Notes: a model not told the origin generated them from the sequence alone. 64,000 bases of DNA from Candidatus Thorarchaeota archaeon (GCA_046482545.1 JAWOEX010000010.1:173886-237885), one strand, 5' to 3'; numbered from the stretch's first letter, positions 1 to 9,769 are shown. A program made the numbers and translations.

Positions 1-38
1 GCGGTTTGATTCACAGATATTGGCTTTATGATTACAGT

Positions 39-60
39 TATAGCTTATGCTATAGCTTCA
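39..60. promoter_or_regulatory. Tandem TATAGCTTA repeat upstream of the RHH gene, possible operator
   Basis: gttatagcttatgctatagcttac contains two copies of tatagctta, 70-90 nt upstream of ATG131. Confidence 0.3.
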
Positions 61-130
61 CATTACCAACCGTGTATTACTTACAGTCATATCCTAAGGA
101 TATCGTTGTGTGGTCTAGGTGAATACCAAC

Positions 131-271
131 ATGAAGTTAGTAACTCTCCACGTACCCGAGACATACATAGCTGGTCTAGAGAAGTTGGTGGATAGTCAGC
201 TTTATCCCAATAGGTCGGAAGCAATTCGAATCGCTATCCGAGATCTCCTCAAGCGCGAGCTTTGGGGTTAG
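131..271 (+). CDS. Ribbon-helix-helix (CopG/CdrS-like) transcription regulator, 46 aa; not in ORF track
   Basis: Manual translation MKLVTLHVPETYIAGLEKLVDSQLYPNRSEAIRIAIRDLLKRELWG*; the YPNRSEAIR motif is typical of archaeal CdrS-type RHH proteins. Confidence 0.88.
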   Translation: MKLVTLHVPETYIAGLEKLVDSQLYPNRSEAIRIAIRDLLKRELWG

Positions 272-375
272 ACAACTCGCCTCTGGCCGTTCCTAGCAGC
301 CAAGATGAAACGCCAATAGATAGTGTAGTTCACATCTGTCCACATCAAAGAGCAACTCGTGCTTGAGACTATGAA

Positions 376-411
376 GTCCTGGGCACAGACCCAGGATTAC
401 TACTTTTCTTT
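376..411 (+). terminator. Hairpin plus T-tract after the RHH gene
   Basis: gtcctggg-cacaga-cccaggat followed by tacttttcttt. Confidence 0.45.
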
Positions 412-429
412 GTGTGGAATAGTGACCAA

Positions 430-1332
430 AGGTACAAGATTTCTGGGAAGATTTCCTGTTAGATTCCATATCAAGTCTAATCAGTTAGCAAGAATGGAGT
501 AATTGCCCCATTTCTTGTTTTCGAATAGTTATCTTTGCATAATCTTGGCTAATCTACCAGTCAATTCTAGTCGACAGTCCACATCTGGCCCGATAGTGAA
601 TCCTTGAGGTTACATGGCATATACTGCTGGCTTTGTTGAAGAGGTGTCCTCTTTCTTGACCACCTAGTCAAACATTTTCGCTATGATGTCCATTTTCACA
701 GATTTATTCTAATGCAATCGCCTTGTGAAGGTGGCAACTGGTGAATTCGTATACAAGAATATCTGAAGCGTTCTCATAGTTTCCCGCTGCAATTCCTGCA
801 ATTTGTATGGCCTTGGCAAGCATTGACTAAACGGATATTTCATTGTAATCCGTCAGGTCCCCTGATCCTATGTTACCTGCTCTAGGAGAGCCAATAGTCC
901 GTTTTTCGGTCAGCTGATTCCCTCCAAAATAGCACTATGTACACCCGTACATAGTACACCAATCCAAAATAATCCACTCTGTGCTCTCTAAATAATGAAC
1001 GAAAATAGCAATTAGCCAGTCTTGAAAAGCCACCGCTCTTCCATGAGAATACAGGGAATTGAATCCACAACATCGACAGTATTGCTCAGCGTACGCGTTT
1101 CATTATGAATAACGGACGAAACCTAAGGTTTCTTATCCAAAGAGACACTTTCCGGCTTCTTTGTTGATGACAGAAGCAGGAAGCCAGAAGAGATACTCTC
1201 TTGATAAACATGTACAAAGCCTCTGGTAACTCAAGGAGCAAGGGCACCCTTGAGGGCAGCGACCCTAGCACGGGAAGGGTGGAACATAGAAATTCTCCAA
1301 TTTGCTTTCACTCAAGTATAATGAATAGGTCA
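430..1332 (+). mobile_element. Degenerate non-autonomous copy (A) of the TnpB element family
   Basis: 436-461 aagatttctgggaagatttcctgtta matches the reverse complement of the left end at ~62791-62816; ~1170-1330 aligns with the right-end/omegaRNA segment 8390-8552 (gaccctagcacgggaagggtggaacataga...ctcaagtataatgaataggt); the interior is a stop-riddled minus-strand ORF remnant. Confidence 0.75.
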
Positions 1333-1355
1333 GAAGAAATGTTATTACAAGATAG

Positions 1356-2390
1356 TTGTTTGTTGAACGTGCGAAGCTTCAACAACTAGGAGCGTGTAGC
1401 TACATAGGTTCCGATATACCCAGTAAGTCTGATAAAATAGCTAAGCGGCTGGGAAGACGAAGTCAACCGGAATCTTTGGTGAGTGGTTGCCCCTGTTACA
1501 AAGAGTTTGGTGATGAGAGAGTTTGTTTAAACAACGATGATGTAGTTCAAATCAATCCCATCTCAGTTGCCACCTCATTTTTCCCCAGTATTGATTCATT
1601 CGAAAACTTGCAAGACCTCAAGAGCGACAAAGATAACGTTTGCTACTTGCTGGTATACTTGGATGAGGACAAAGACAAAGCATATTGTGTCAGCCAAGGA
1701 AAGAAACTCGTAATCAATGGAAATGATGTTCGTGCAGATGATCTTCGAGATGCACTTAGATTCGTTAATCTAGGCAGGAAATCCACAGATGGGGAAATAT
1801 GTTCAACCTGTATGTACAAGTATCTCATCACGCTTGGAGATGTATTTGAGGATGTACTATCCGAAGATGAACGAACAGAAATCATTGCAGACTATATCGA
1901 GGATATAGCCAATAGAATGGCACAAGACATGACTGGTGGAGATTTGGAGGGGCAAGAAACTGCGGATCAGGAGGAGTTCATCCAGATGCGAATTACGCAA
2001 CTGATGGAACAGAGGGCAGACTGGGAAGAGTTGATTCGTAAGAAAAGATCTGAGGGAGCAGATGAAAAGCAAATTCGCCTCTTGGATAATTACAGACGGC
2101 TGAACAGGCTGGAAGCGACGTTCCTTTCTCAAGTGCATACCATGATTGGAACTGAAATCACTACCCTCGCACTGAATGCCCTTCGCATGATGATAGCAGT
2201 GGCAAAAGAGACAACTGAAACATGTAATAGAATACGCAGTCTGACACACACTCTCACGGACAGCCGCAAGATGCCTGCTGATTTCGATCATCTACTGGAA
2301 CCACATGCTGAGAGGAGAAGAAAAATCGAACACAGATTCGACAGGGTCGAACGGGTGCTGAGTGAGATAGAAATCCAGCAACATCGTTGA
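1356..2390 (+). CDS. Hypothetical protein, Cys-rich N-terminal domain plus helical C-terminus; paralog of 2476-3444; start uncertain
   Basis: Shares GCPCYKxFGDExxCxNxD, YCVSQG and EICSxCxYK motifs with the next ORF. Confidence 0.8.
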   Translation: MFVERAKLQQLGACSYIGSDIPSKSDKIAKRLGRRSQPESLVSGCPCYKEFGDERVCLNNDDVVQINPISVATSFFPSIDSFENLQDLKSDKDNVCYLLVYLDEDKDKAYCVSQGKKLVINGNDVRADDLRDALRFVNLGRKSTDGEICSTCMYKYLITLGDVFEDVLSEDERTEIIADYIEDIANRMAQDMTGGDLEGQETADQEEFIQMRITQLMEQRADWEELIRKKRSEGADEKQIRLLDNYRRLNRLEATFLSQVHTMIGTEITTLALNALRMMIAVAKETTETCNRIRSLTHTLTDSRKMPADFDHLLEPHAERRRKIEHRFDRVERVLSEIEIQQHR

Positions 2391-2475
2391 GGTTTGTCCA
2401 TCAGGAAACAGAATATATTATACGGATGGATAGTGTACAATTAGATGAATCTTAGATTATTAGGGGCAGTATAGG

Positions 2476-3444
2476 GTGGATTCCAAGCTAATCGTCGGAA
2501 AAAACAAGAAAGAGATTCAGGTTGTAAGAGGATGTCCGTGCTACAAGGTGTTCGGCGATGAGAATCTCTGCGTCAACGACGACGAAATTCTAGAAGTTGA
2601 GGTAATTGAAGTCGATCCTTCACTTTTCTCCTTGCATGAAACGAAAGAAGACATGGAAGAAGAAATCGTCCACGAAGACAACATATGCTACTGCTCAGTC
2701 TACATGAATCCGGAGGATAACCGAGTTTACTGTGTATCCCAAGGCTGGCCACTACGGATACACGGAAGGTATGTACCTGCTGATGAGATGAGAGACGCTT
2801 TTCGATTTCTCTCCACAAAAGACCTTTCAGCCCCGGCAGAAATCTGCTCAGAATGTATCTACAAGTTTCTGTTGACACTGAGTGATACCTATTCAACCGA
2901 TATGACGAAGCAAGAACAGACTGATGAAATCAAGGGATATGTAGACAAGTTCTCGCTTATGATAGCTGTCAAGCTCAGCCAAATGGAAGGTATGCAAACC
3001 ATCGGCACAGAAGATGATATCGATAAAGGCGTGGATTACCTCGCATTTTTACGGGGGTATCTTGTACAGCTCCTCGAACAGCAGCAATTCTGGAGCGAAT
3101 TGCGAACCTCTTTGAAGGATGAAGGGACCGAAGAATGGTTGCTGGATTTGGTTGAGAAACGAGAAAAACTGGCACGGCTTGAGTATCAGTTCTACTCGCA
3201 GACTTTACAGCTTCATCATATCGATGATTTCAATCTACTGGTTCGAAACTTAGAATTCATTCTCAAGACTGCTGGAGGTATCCTTAGCCTGAATCAGGAA
3301 ATCCATTCGAAAATCAGATCCGAAGAGTTTCTTGAGAAGGCAGAAGGTGACAAACGACTTGACAAACTCGTAGCTTACGGGGAAAAATGCAGGGCGATTG
3401 AGCACAACTTTGCCAATATACTTCAGATATTGAACAAGCTGTGA
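2476..3444 (+). CDS. Hypothetical protein, Cys-rich domain plus helical bundle; paralog of 1356-2390
   Basis: 322-aa ORF with the same Cys motifs. Confidence 0.85.
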   Translation: MDSKLIVGKNKKEIQVVRGCPCYKVFGDENLCVNDDEILEVEVIEVDPSLFSLHETKEDMEEEIVHEDNICYCSVYMNPEDNRVYCVSQGWPLRIHGRYVPADEMRDAFRFLSTKDLSAPAEICSECIYKFLLTLSDTYSTDMTKQEQTDEIKGYVDKFSLMIAVKLSQMEGMQTIGTEDDIDKGVDYLAFLRGYLVQLLEQQQFWSELRTSLKDEGTEEWLLDLVEKREKLARLEYQFYSQTLQLHHIDDFNLLVRNLEFILKTAGGILSLNQEIHSKIRSEEFLEKAEGDKRLDKLVAYGEKCRAIEHNFANILQILNKL

Positions 3445-3519
3445 CAATCTGTATCTGAAACAGAGAGCAATACAGAGATGCTCAGCGGAGATTTCTTGCC
3501 ATTAGCCTTTTGCTAGAAT

Positions 3520-4470
3520 CTACCCGATAGGGCCAAATGTCTCCTTCAGCCATTGAATGTACTCTTTCACTCCTTGTTCTAGTGGGATCTCTGGTTTCCA
3601 TCCGTATGATTTGAGTAGGCTGATATCGATGTCCGTTATGACTACATCTCCAGACCATCCTCTTTTTGAGCCGGTATACTCAATCGAGGCATCAGGGACG
3701 CCCGCTGCTTCACAAACCAGTTCGGCAATCCTAGCCACCTTCAATCGTTCACCAGATCCTACGTTGATAGGCTGATAACCCTCTTGCATCTTTTCTGCAA
3801 GAAGCATAGTGGCAGCAACAGTGTCACTGACATACATGTAGGACTTCTCTTGTTGGCCATCTCCCAAGACCTCAAGGCAAGTAGGGTCCCGTTTCAGTTT
3901 CATATAGAAATCATACATCACACCATGAGTTGAACGTGGACCGATTATGTTGGCTAGCCGCATGCTCACGGAGTTGATTCCATACAGTTCAGCATAGGAA
4001 GATAGGTACATTTCAACAGCGCCTTTCGCAGCACCATAGTTGCTAATCGGGCGGAAAGGTGTGTTTTCTGGTGTCGGGAATACGTCGATCTGTCCATATA
4101 CTGTACCTCCTGAAGATGCAAAGATGAATCGGTTGATGTCTCGCTCGCGCATGGCCTCAAGGATGTTGATAGTTCCAACCACATTGATTCTAAAATCGAG
4201 TAAGGGTTGGTCCACACTTAACCGAACATCTGGTTGAGCTGCTAAATGGAAGACTGTATCGACTCCTTCTAGGGCGGAATCAATGTCCTCCTCAATCGTT
4301 ATGGATCCTTCAATAAAACGGAAGTGCTCTTTCTCCTCATGATGTACTATATTCCCGCGTTCTCCTCCAGAAAGGTCATCGAGCACTATCACCTCGTGTT
4401 CATCGATTAGACTGTCTACCAAGTGGCTACCAATGAACCCTGCACCGCCAGTAACTAGTACACGCTTCAA
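3520..4470 (-). CDS. NAD-dependent epimerase/dehydratase (UDP-glucose 4-epimerase-like)
   Basis: VLVTGGAGFIGSH, FHLAA, YGAAK (YxxxK) extended-SDR motifs. Confidence 0.93.
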   Translation of the reverse strand: MKRVLVTGGAGFIGSHLVDSLIDEHEVIVLDDLSGGERGNIVHHEEKEHFRFIEGSITIEEDIDSALEGVDTVFHLAAQPDVRLSVDQPLLDFRINVVGTINILEAMRERDINRFIFASSGGTVYGQIDVFPTPENTPFRPISNYGAAKGAVEMYLSSYAELYGINSVSMRLANIIGPRSTHGVMYDFYMKLKRDPTCLEVLGDGQQEKSYMYVSDTVAATMLLAEKMQEGYQPINVGSGERLKVARIAELVCEAAGVPDASIEYTGSKRGWSGDVVITDIDISLLKSYGWKPEIPLEQGVKEYIQWLKETFGPIG

Positions 4471-4518
4471 GTTTCATCACAACGATTCTGGTGGTCTCTA
4501 TCCAAAGCATAAAGGTTC

Positions 4519-5124
4519 CTACACGCTGAACCGCGAGTCTGAAAGGACAGCCTCCAAGAATGATAGAGCCGTGGGGTCCTTTTCCGTCCTATTCCATTCC
4601 TTTATGAACTCCTTGAAAATCTCCATCTCTTCGGTAACGCGTTGGCCGAGTCTTTGTAGATGTGAGGCTTTCACGTAGTCTCCTTCCCCCAGTCCCGAGC
4701 ATATATGCTTCATCGCATTCAATCCCCAAGCCAGTTCGCCATTCTTGCGACCGAAAACGAACGGGAATGATTTACATACACCGGGCCGATAGGGATAAAT
4801 CATGCACTTGTTCTCTCTTAGGAAGATACAGCCAGTATCTTCGATTTTTTTCAGTGCAACATATGCTCGACCCTTTTCAGTTTCAACTGAGGGAATTTTT
4901 CTAAGGCCCCGTGGTACACTTTCATTTTCACCAAGGATGTAAAAATCAATTGCCCTCAGGAGCTCCGTAGCGGTTAAATCCAGCAATTTCGCTATTCTTA
5001 CAATATCTGTACCTGTCAATGTCACAAGCATGTTTTCCTGAGTACAACAGGCGGCACATCCCGTACATTCGAAACGTACATCGACAGTTGTAGAGTCATC
5101 GGTTTCTTGCTTGCTGGTTGACAT
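4519..5124 (-). CDS. YkgJ/UPF0153 family cysteine-cluster protein
   Basis: FECTGCAACC ... CIFL..NKCMIYPYRPGVCKSFPF. Confidence 0.9.
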   Translation of the reverse strand: MSTSKQETDDSTTVDVRFECTGCAACCTQENMLVTLTGTDIVRIAKLLDLTATELLRAIDFYILGENESVPRGLRKIPSVETEKGRAYVALKKIEDTGCIFLRENKCMIYPYRPGVCKSFPFVFGRKNGELAWGLNAMKHICSGLGEGDYVKASHLQRLGQRVTEEMEIFKEFIKEWNRTEKDPTALSFLEAVLSDSRFSV

Positions 5125-5138
5125 CTCTAAGCTATAAC

Positions 5139-6305
5139 TCACATCAAGGTCTGTAAATATTTGTTTACCTTTGTAAGCCCTTCCTCAATAACGTCCATGC
5201 TAGTAGCAAAGCTGAAGCGTAGGTTGCTGTCGTAATCTGTTCCAAATACAGTCCCCGGAACCGAGGTGACGCCAGCTTTGAGAAGCAGCATCTCTGCGAG
5301 TGTTGCACTGCTTATTCCATAATGTGAGAAATCAGGAAACACATAGAAAGCCCCTGCAGGATTCACGCAATCGACGCCCTCCATGGAATAGAAGATATCG
5401 ATAATTCGGTCGCGTCTTTTCTGGTATTCCGCCCGCATCTGATCGATACCACTCTGATCGCCTTCCAATGCTTCAACTCCAGCATATTGTACGAACGATG
5501 CTGCGCATGAGGTAGTGTTCTGCTGAATTCGAACCATATTATCTATGGTCACAGCATTTCCAATAGCGTATCCGAGACGCCAACCGGTCATCGCGTAAGC
5601 CTTCGAGAAACCGTTGATTATGACAGTATGCTGAAGAGCGGGGTCAATTTCAAGCATCGAGGGTTGCTCGAAGCCATCAAAGACCAATTCTTCATAGATT
5701 TCGTCGCTAAATACGACAATATCATGGTCTATTGCCAAATCATGGATAAAACGCAGGTCGTCCTTATTTATGACGCCTCCAGTCGGATTGTTCGGGCTGT
5801 TGATAACCAGGCCTCTAACATCCTTGTTCAGAGCTGTTTTGAGAGATTCTCTATCAAGGCGGTAATCAGAATCTGTTGACACATCAATAGGAATTCCACC
5901 GGCTGTTCTCGTCAATACACGATAGGTTGGCCAAGCAGGAGCCAAAATCAGGACATCATCACCGCGGTCGATTGTAGATAATATGGCCCCGAAAAGAGCC
6001 ATTTTCGCGCCTGGAGTAACAACCACTTGTTGCTCAGGATCAAAATCCATGCCACGGTCCGCGTACACATCTGCTATTGCCTTCCGAAGAGGGGGATGAC
6101 CCCTCGCTGAAAGATAGCGTGTATGTCCCGCGTCGAGTGCGTCTTTCGCAGCCTTGACAATATTGGCAGGCGTATCGAAATCAGGTTGGCCCACCTCGAA
6201 ATGGTAGACTTTCTTGCCCTCAGCCTCCAACTTGTTTGCCAAGTCAAACATTTTCAGCGTTCCAGAAGCAGGAATACGCTCCATATGGTGCGATGGCCAT
6301 GCCAT
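5139..6305 (-). CDS. Class I/II PLP-dependent aminotransferase (aspartate aminotransferase-like)
   Basis: GQPDF, NSPNNPTG, SDEIY, GFSKAYAMTGWRLGY. Confidence 0.95.
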   Translation of the reverse strand: MAWPSHHMERIPASGTLKMFDLANKLEAEGKKVYHFEVGQPDFDTPANIVKAAKDALDAGHTRYLSARGHPPLRKAIADVYADRGMDFDPEQQVVVTPGAKMALFGAILSTIDRGDDVLILAPAWPTYRVLTRTAGGIPIDVSTDSDYRLDRESLKTALNKDVRGLVINSPNNPTGGVINKDDLRFIHDLAIDHDIVVFSDEIYEELVFDGFEQPSMLEIDPALQHTVIINGFSKAYAMTGWRLGYAIGNAVTIDNMVRIQQNTTSCAASFVQYAGVEALEGDQSGIDQMRAEYQKRRDRIIDIFYSMEGVDCVNPAGAFYVFPDFSHYGISSATLAEMLLLKAGVTSVPGTVFGTDYDSNLRFSFATSMDVIEEGLTKVNKYLQTLM

Positions 6306-6372
6306 TATTGGTCACCTTGCATTTAGTGCACTTAGGTAGTAGGAGGCGGTCATTGGTTCTTTATTACTATTT

Positions 6373-7218
6373 TCATGAGAACTTCGAAAAAACCTGCATC
6401 AACTGCTCTTTCTGATAGTCTGTACCAAGAATCTGTATTCGGTCGAGCATGGCTTCGCCCAGACCTTCACGATAGGCACGGAGAATATGGTCAATAGCCA
6501 AAGGATCGATGCCATATAATCCAGCACAGAAAGCGTCAAGAGCCAGTATATCAAGGCCAAGGGCTACACCGCCCAAATGGCGAGTCTCTCTATTTTCTCT
6601 AGGTCCGATAATTATTTCGGCTAAATCCATGACGGTGAGATCTGATTGATATGTACCAAGCAGGTCCATGAGTACATCGGTTATCTGGTCGTGGTATATC
6701 GATTTGTCTTCTTCAGGCAGCAAGCCGAAAAGGTTTTTGATGGCACCACTGTATGTGGAGATTTTGGGCTCAACCTTGGGAGTAGCAACATTGATGAAAA
6801 AGACGTTGCCATGCAGCAATTCGGGCATTTCTTTCTCTTCGAAATAGTTTCCGGGCATATCAACTGGAACCAATTCAGCCTCAGATAGATTGACAAGATT
6901 CACCCGATTGGACTCTAGTTCGTCATACCCGCATTTCGAGAATGCAGCCCAGGTGGTTCTTAGAGGGTTGTCACTCTCGACTATATAGACAGGTGCAACC
7001 TCTTCAAAAGAGTACACAATTGCCTTAAGTAGCTCCAATGAAGTGTTTCCGGGTAAATCAGGATCATAAATTGAGGGTTTGATTAAAATTCGGTCCAGAG
7101 GGCTCTGAAACGGAAGGGGTTCAGTCATCTTTGAAAGGGCCTTGTTGAGTGTCTCCCGTGGGTTTCTACGAACGGCAATGGCCACTTGCGACCCTGAAAT
7201 CATACCTGCCTTTAGCAC
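6373..7218 (-). CDS. DUF362 domain protein
   Basis: ILIKP, INVAxxK, SGAIKNLFG and DxLALD motifs. Confidence 0.8.
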   Translation of the reverse strand: MLKAGMISGSQVAIAVRRNPRETLNKALSKMTEPLPFQSPLDRILIKPSIYDPDLPGNTSLELLKAIVYSFEEVAPVYIVESDNPLRTTWAAFSKCGYDELESNRVNLVNLSEAELVPVDMPGNYFEEKEMPELLHGNVFFINVATPKVEPKISTYSGAIKNLFGLLPEEDKSIYHDQITDVLMDLLGTYQSDLTVMDLAEIIIGPRENRETRHLGGVALGLDILALDAFCAGLYGIDPLAIDHILRAYREGLGEAMLDRIQILGTDYQKEQLMQVFSKFS

Positions 7219-7260
7219 AGACTAACCCTTTAAGTTGATGTTTTGCAGGTTAGAATCGCC

Positions 7261-7438
7261 ATGACTCTAAGTGGTGACGAACGAACCAGATACTCGAGAA
7301 TGCTGCCACTGAGGCATTTTGATGAGAGCAAGATGGAGTCCATCAAAGAAACAAAGAGTTGCAGTGGCTGGCACTGGCGGTTTGGGATGCAACTTGCGCA
7401 GACTGCTTACTTCGTTCGGATTCGGACATATCAAGATA
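7261..7438 (+). pseudogene. ThiF/MoeB/UbaA (E1-like) 5' fragment, frameshifted and truncated by element B
   Basis: MTLSGDERTRYSRM..., then a frameshift near 7350-7356 to VAVAGTGGLG...FGFGHIKI (RYSR and GxGGLG motifs). Confidence 0.85.
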
Positions 7439-7875
7439 ACCCGTTTCTTACAGTTGAGTGAGTGGATCCAACTGAGGAAACTTCTGTGTTCCACCCTTCC
7501 CCTGCCAGCGTCACCGCCCCCAAGGTACCCGTAGGCCCTCGGGTCAGCAGGGGCTTTGTCCACGTTCACCGGAATAGGATTCCTCCCGCGGTCCTGGCTT
7601 CCTTCTCCTGTCGAACTCCGGTACATCACTCCCGGCGACAGCGAGTTCTTCCACAGTTCTTACCACGGCGTGGTCATGATCACCCACCTCAGCCTTGTCG
7701 CCGTAGCTGAGGAGATCCATCTGGACATGGTGAACAGCCGCGGACTCTCCAGGGTCTGATGGGACCCCTCGTTCGGAGAGTAAGGACTTCTGCTTAGAAG
7801 ACGACGTCTTCCTCACAGCCTTCGGGGCTGGGCGCTTCTCCCGTGGGGGAGTGGCTCACCGCCCTAGTCCTACTA
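7439..7875 (-). ncRNA. Putative TnpB omegaRNA scaffold (stand-alone copy B)
   Basis: Homologous to the region overlapping and downstream of the tnpB 3' end; TTTATTA box (7898-7904, minus strand) lies 23 nt upstream of the conserved agtaggac. Confidence 0.65.
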
Positions 7876-7997
7876 GACCGGACTCCCGTACTAGGCCTAA
7901 TAAACTCCCCTGCTTGAGAGAGAATCGTTACAGGAAATCTTACAGATATTTTACACTTTTCCACTCGGATTTTTTACGATTTTTGTAAAATTTACCC
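7439..7997 (-). mobile_element. Non-autonomous element B (left end plus omegaRNA/right end only)
   Basis: 7439-7870 closely aligns with 54640-55070 (3' end of tnpB and downstream); 7927-7997 matches the left-end hairpin at 62791-62859. Confidence 0.9.
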
Positions 7998-8007
7998 TTT
8001 CAAGACC

Positions 8008-8552
8008 TTTGTAAATCGTACAGAATCCTAAATAAATCAGCACAGTAGAGTGTAAGATTTCATCGAGCCCTTTTCGTGACCAAAAAGGAGTTTAGTAGAC
8101 AGACAACCGTACTGGATATCAGTAGGACCAGGCAAGTGGGCTAGCGCAGAAGCGCGAAGCACGCGGCTGAAAGATGTGAGGAAGTCCTGTGATTCTAAGC
8201 GGAAGTCCTTACTCTCCACAAAGAGAGCTTCATCGAACTCAGGAGGGTCCGCGGCTGTTCACCATGTCCAGATGGACCTTCTCATCTACGCTGACAAGGC
8301 TTATTCGGGTGATTGTGACCACGCCATGGTAAGAACTGTGGGAAACGTCGTTATCGCCGGAGTGACGACCCGGGATGACGACGGGAGGATGAAGCCAAGA
8401 CCGCAGGAGGAATCCCAATCCGATGAACGTGTGCAAAGCCTCTGCTTGCTCAAGGACTGAGAAGTATCTTGGGGCGGCGACCTTAGCAGGGGAAGGATGG
8501 AACACAGGAGTTTCCTCAGTTGGATTCACTCACTCAACTGTAAGAAACATGT
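8008..8552 (+). mobile_element. Non-autonomous element C, head-to-head with B
   Basis: 8011-8061 is the reverse complement of the left-end motif; 8120-8552 is homologous to the reverse complement of 54640-55070 and ends cactcaactgtaagaaacatgt|tatc. Confidence 0.9.
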
Positions 8553-8556
8553 TATC
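8121..8556 (+). ncRNA. Putative TnpB omegaRNA scaffold (stand-alone copy C)
   Basis: Same conserved block as B and E; TTTAGTA box at 8091-8097 lies 23 nt upstream of agtaggac. Confidence 0.6.
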
Positions 8557-8723
8557 CGGAGCTACTTCGAATCGTGACTGGAATTCAAGTGCGTGAAGCG
8601 GTACTGCTCGCTACATCTCGCAAGACCGAGCATATGGAGGTGCTGATGACAGTAGACTTGACTTCGCTAACTGTTGATAGGTTTGAAATTGCAAAGGATG
8701 CCAACTGCAAGATTTGCTCTTGA
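8553..8723 (+). pseudogene. ThiF/MoeB/UbaA 3' fragment
   Basis: YPELLRIVTGIQVREAVLL...FEIAKDANCKICS*: QxxEA helix and terminal CxxC of MoeB/ThiF. Confidence 0.8.
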
Positions 8724-8737
8724 TTAAAGATACAATC

Positions 8738-9769
8738 CTATGCTCCGAAGAAGAGTCTTCTGGCTCTCTTTCTCCGCTCATCTTCGTCTTCTTCACCTTG
8801 GGGCGGTGGTGGTGGTGGAGGTTCGGAGCGATTTTGCTTCTTAGAAGATTCGTTTTGGTCAACCTTGCCTTCTTCGTCATGGACTTCTCTCTCAACTACA
8901 CTTGTTGATTCATCTGATGCTTTCTCTTCAACTGAGGAGTCGTCCAATGGACTCCGGGTCTCTTCCTTTTCGGGGGGACTATCTGATTCCTTTTCGGAGG
9001 CTCCATATGGTGAAGCTACCCTAGGAGTCAATGCATCTTCATAGTCGTCCCAGCTAAAATCATCTTCCGTTTCTTCTTCTGATTCAGGTGCCATAGTATC
9101 TTCTGATGTTTCCATTGAGGAGGGGACTTGATCGGAAGATTCGATTTCAGTTTCGGCTTCCTCAGTGGGTTGCTCATATTCATCCTCCTCGGCAGTTGAT
9201 TTCATAGATTCTGGTTCAGCAAGGTGGAACTCCTTCGTGAAATCCTTGAAGGTTTCAGGCTCTGAAGGTTCTTCATCAGTGGATACGGACTTCTCGCCTT
9301 CTACGGGTTCAGCAACATCTGATTCTGAGACCGAAGCAGATTCTTGTGTTTCGGAATCTTCTGGGAACAAATCCATTTCTGTGTCTAATCCTTTCTCCTC
9401 ACTCACAACACTTGGTGCAACTGATTCTCCAGTTGGCATTTCGAAAGAGGGTTCTTCTAGCGATGCAGAGGGTGTTTCAGTCACGCTTTCATCGGTAGGA
9501 ACCTCGTCGCTGAAACTGGGCTCTTCAACCAACTCACTGGATGATTCTACTGGAAGACCTTCTTCATCATCACGAAAGTTAATACCCAAAGCATAGCTTA
9601 AGCATTCCTCGCAGCGTTTTGCAGCTGCAATGAGACCGTCATTGATGAAATCATCGAGACTTCTGGCTCGGTCAGGGTGGCGTTGAGACCACTTGAGAAA
9701 ACTGTCTACCATACGCAAAGCGTCTCGGACTCCAAGCCAATATGATTCGTCCTTTTTATGTGAAGTCAA
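8738..9769 (-). CDS. Acidic low-complexity protein with structured N-terminus, poly-Pro tract and basic C-terminal helix
   Basis: 343-aa ORF; E/S/D/P-rich middle; PPPPPPP then ERRKRARRLFFGA. Confidence 0.8.
   Translation of the reverse strand: MTSHKKDESYWLGVRDALRMVDSFLKWSQRHPDRARSLDDFINDGLIAAAKRCEECLSYALGINFRDDEEGLPVESSSELVEEPSFSDEVPTDESVTETPSASLEEPSFEMPTGESVAPSVVSEEKGLDTEMDLFPEDSETQESASVSESDVAEPVEGEKSVSTDEEPSEPETFKDFTKEFHLAEPESMKSTAEEDEYEQPTEEAETEIESSDQVPSSMETSEDTMAPESEEETEDDFSWDDYEDALTPRVASPYGASEKESDSPPEKEETRSPLDDSSVEEKASDESTSVVEREVHDEEGKVDQNESSKKQNRSEPPPPPPPQGEEDEDERRKRARRLFFGA

Noticed and set aside
465-1100. Second selenoprotein or recoded gene
   Set aside because: Interrupted by TAA/TAG stops and frameshifts, so simple decay
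7998-8007. Firm target duplication for element B
   Set aside because: TTTCAAGACC matches TATCAAGATA at only 7 of 10 positions, so it is kept as weak support only
7243-8529. Short ORFs 7267-7629, 7462-7710, 7544-7816, 8176-8460 and 8239-8529 as genes
   Set aside because: They are read-throughs of the omegaRNA/tnpB-tail block or chimeras with the ThiF remnant
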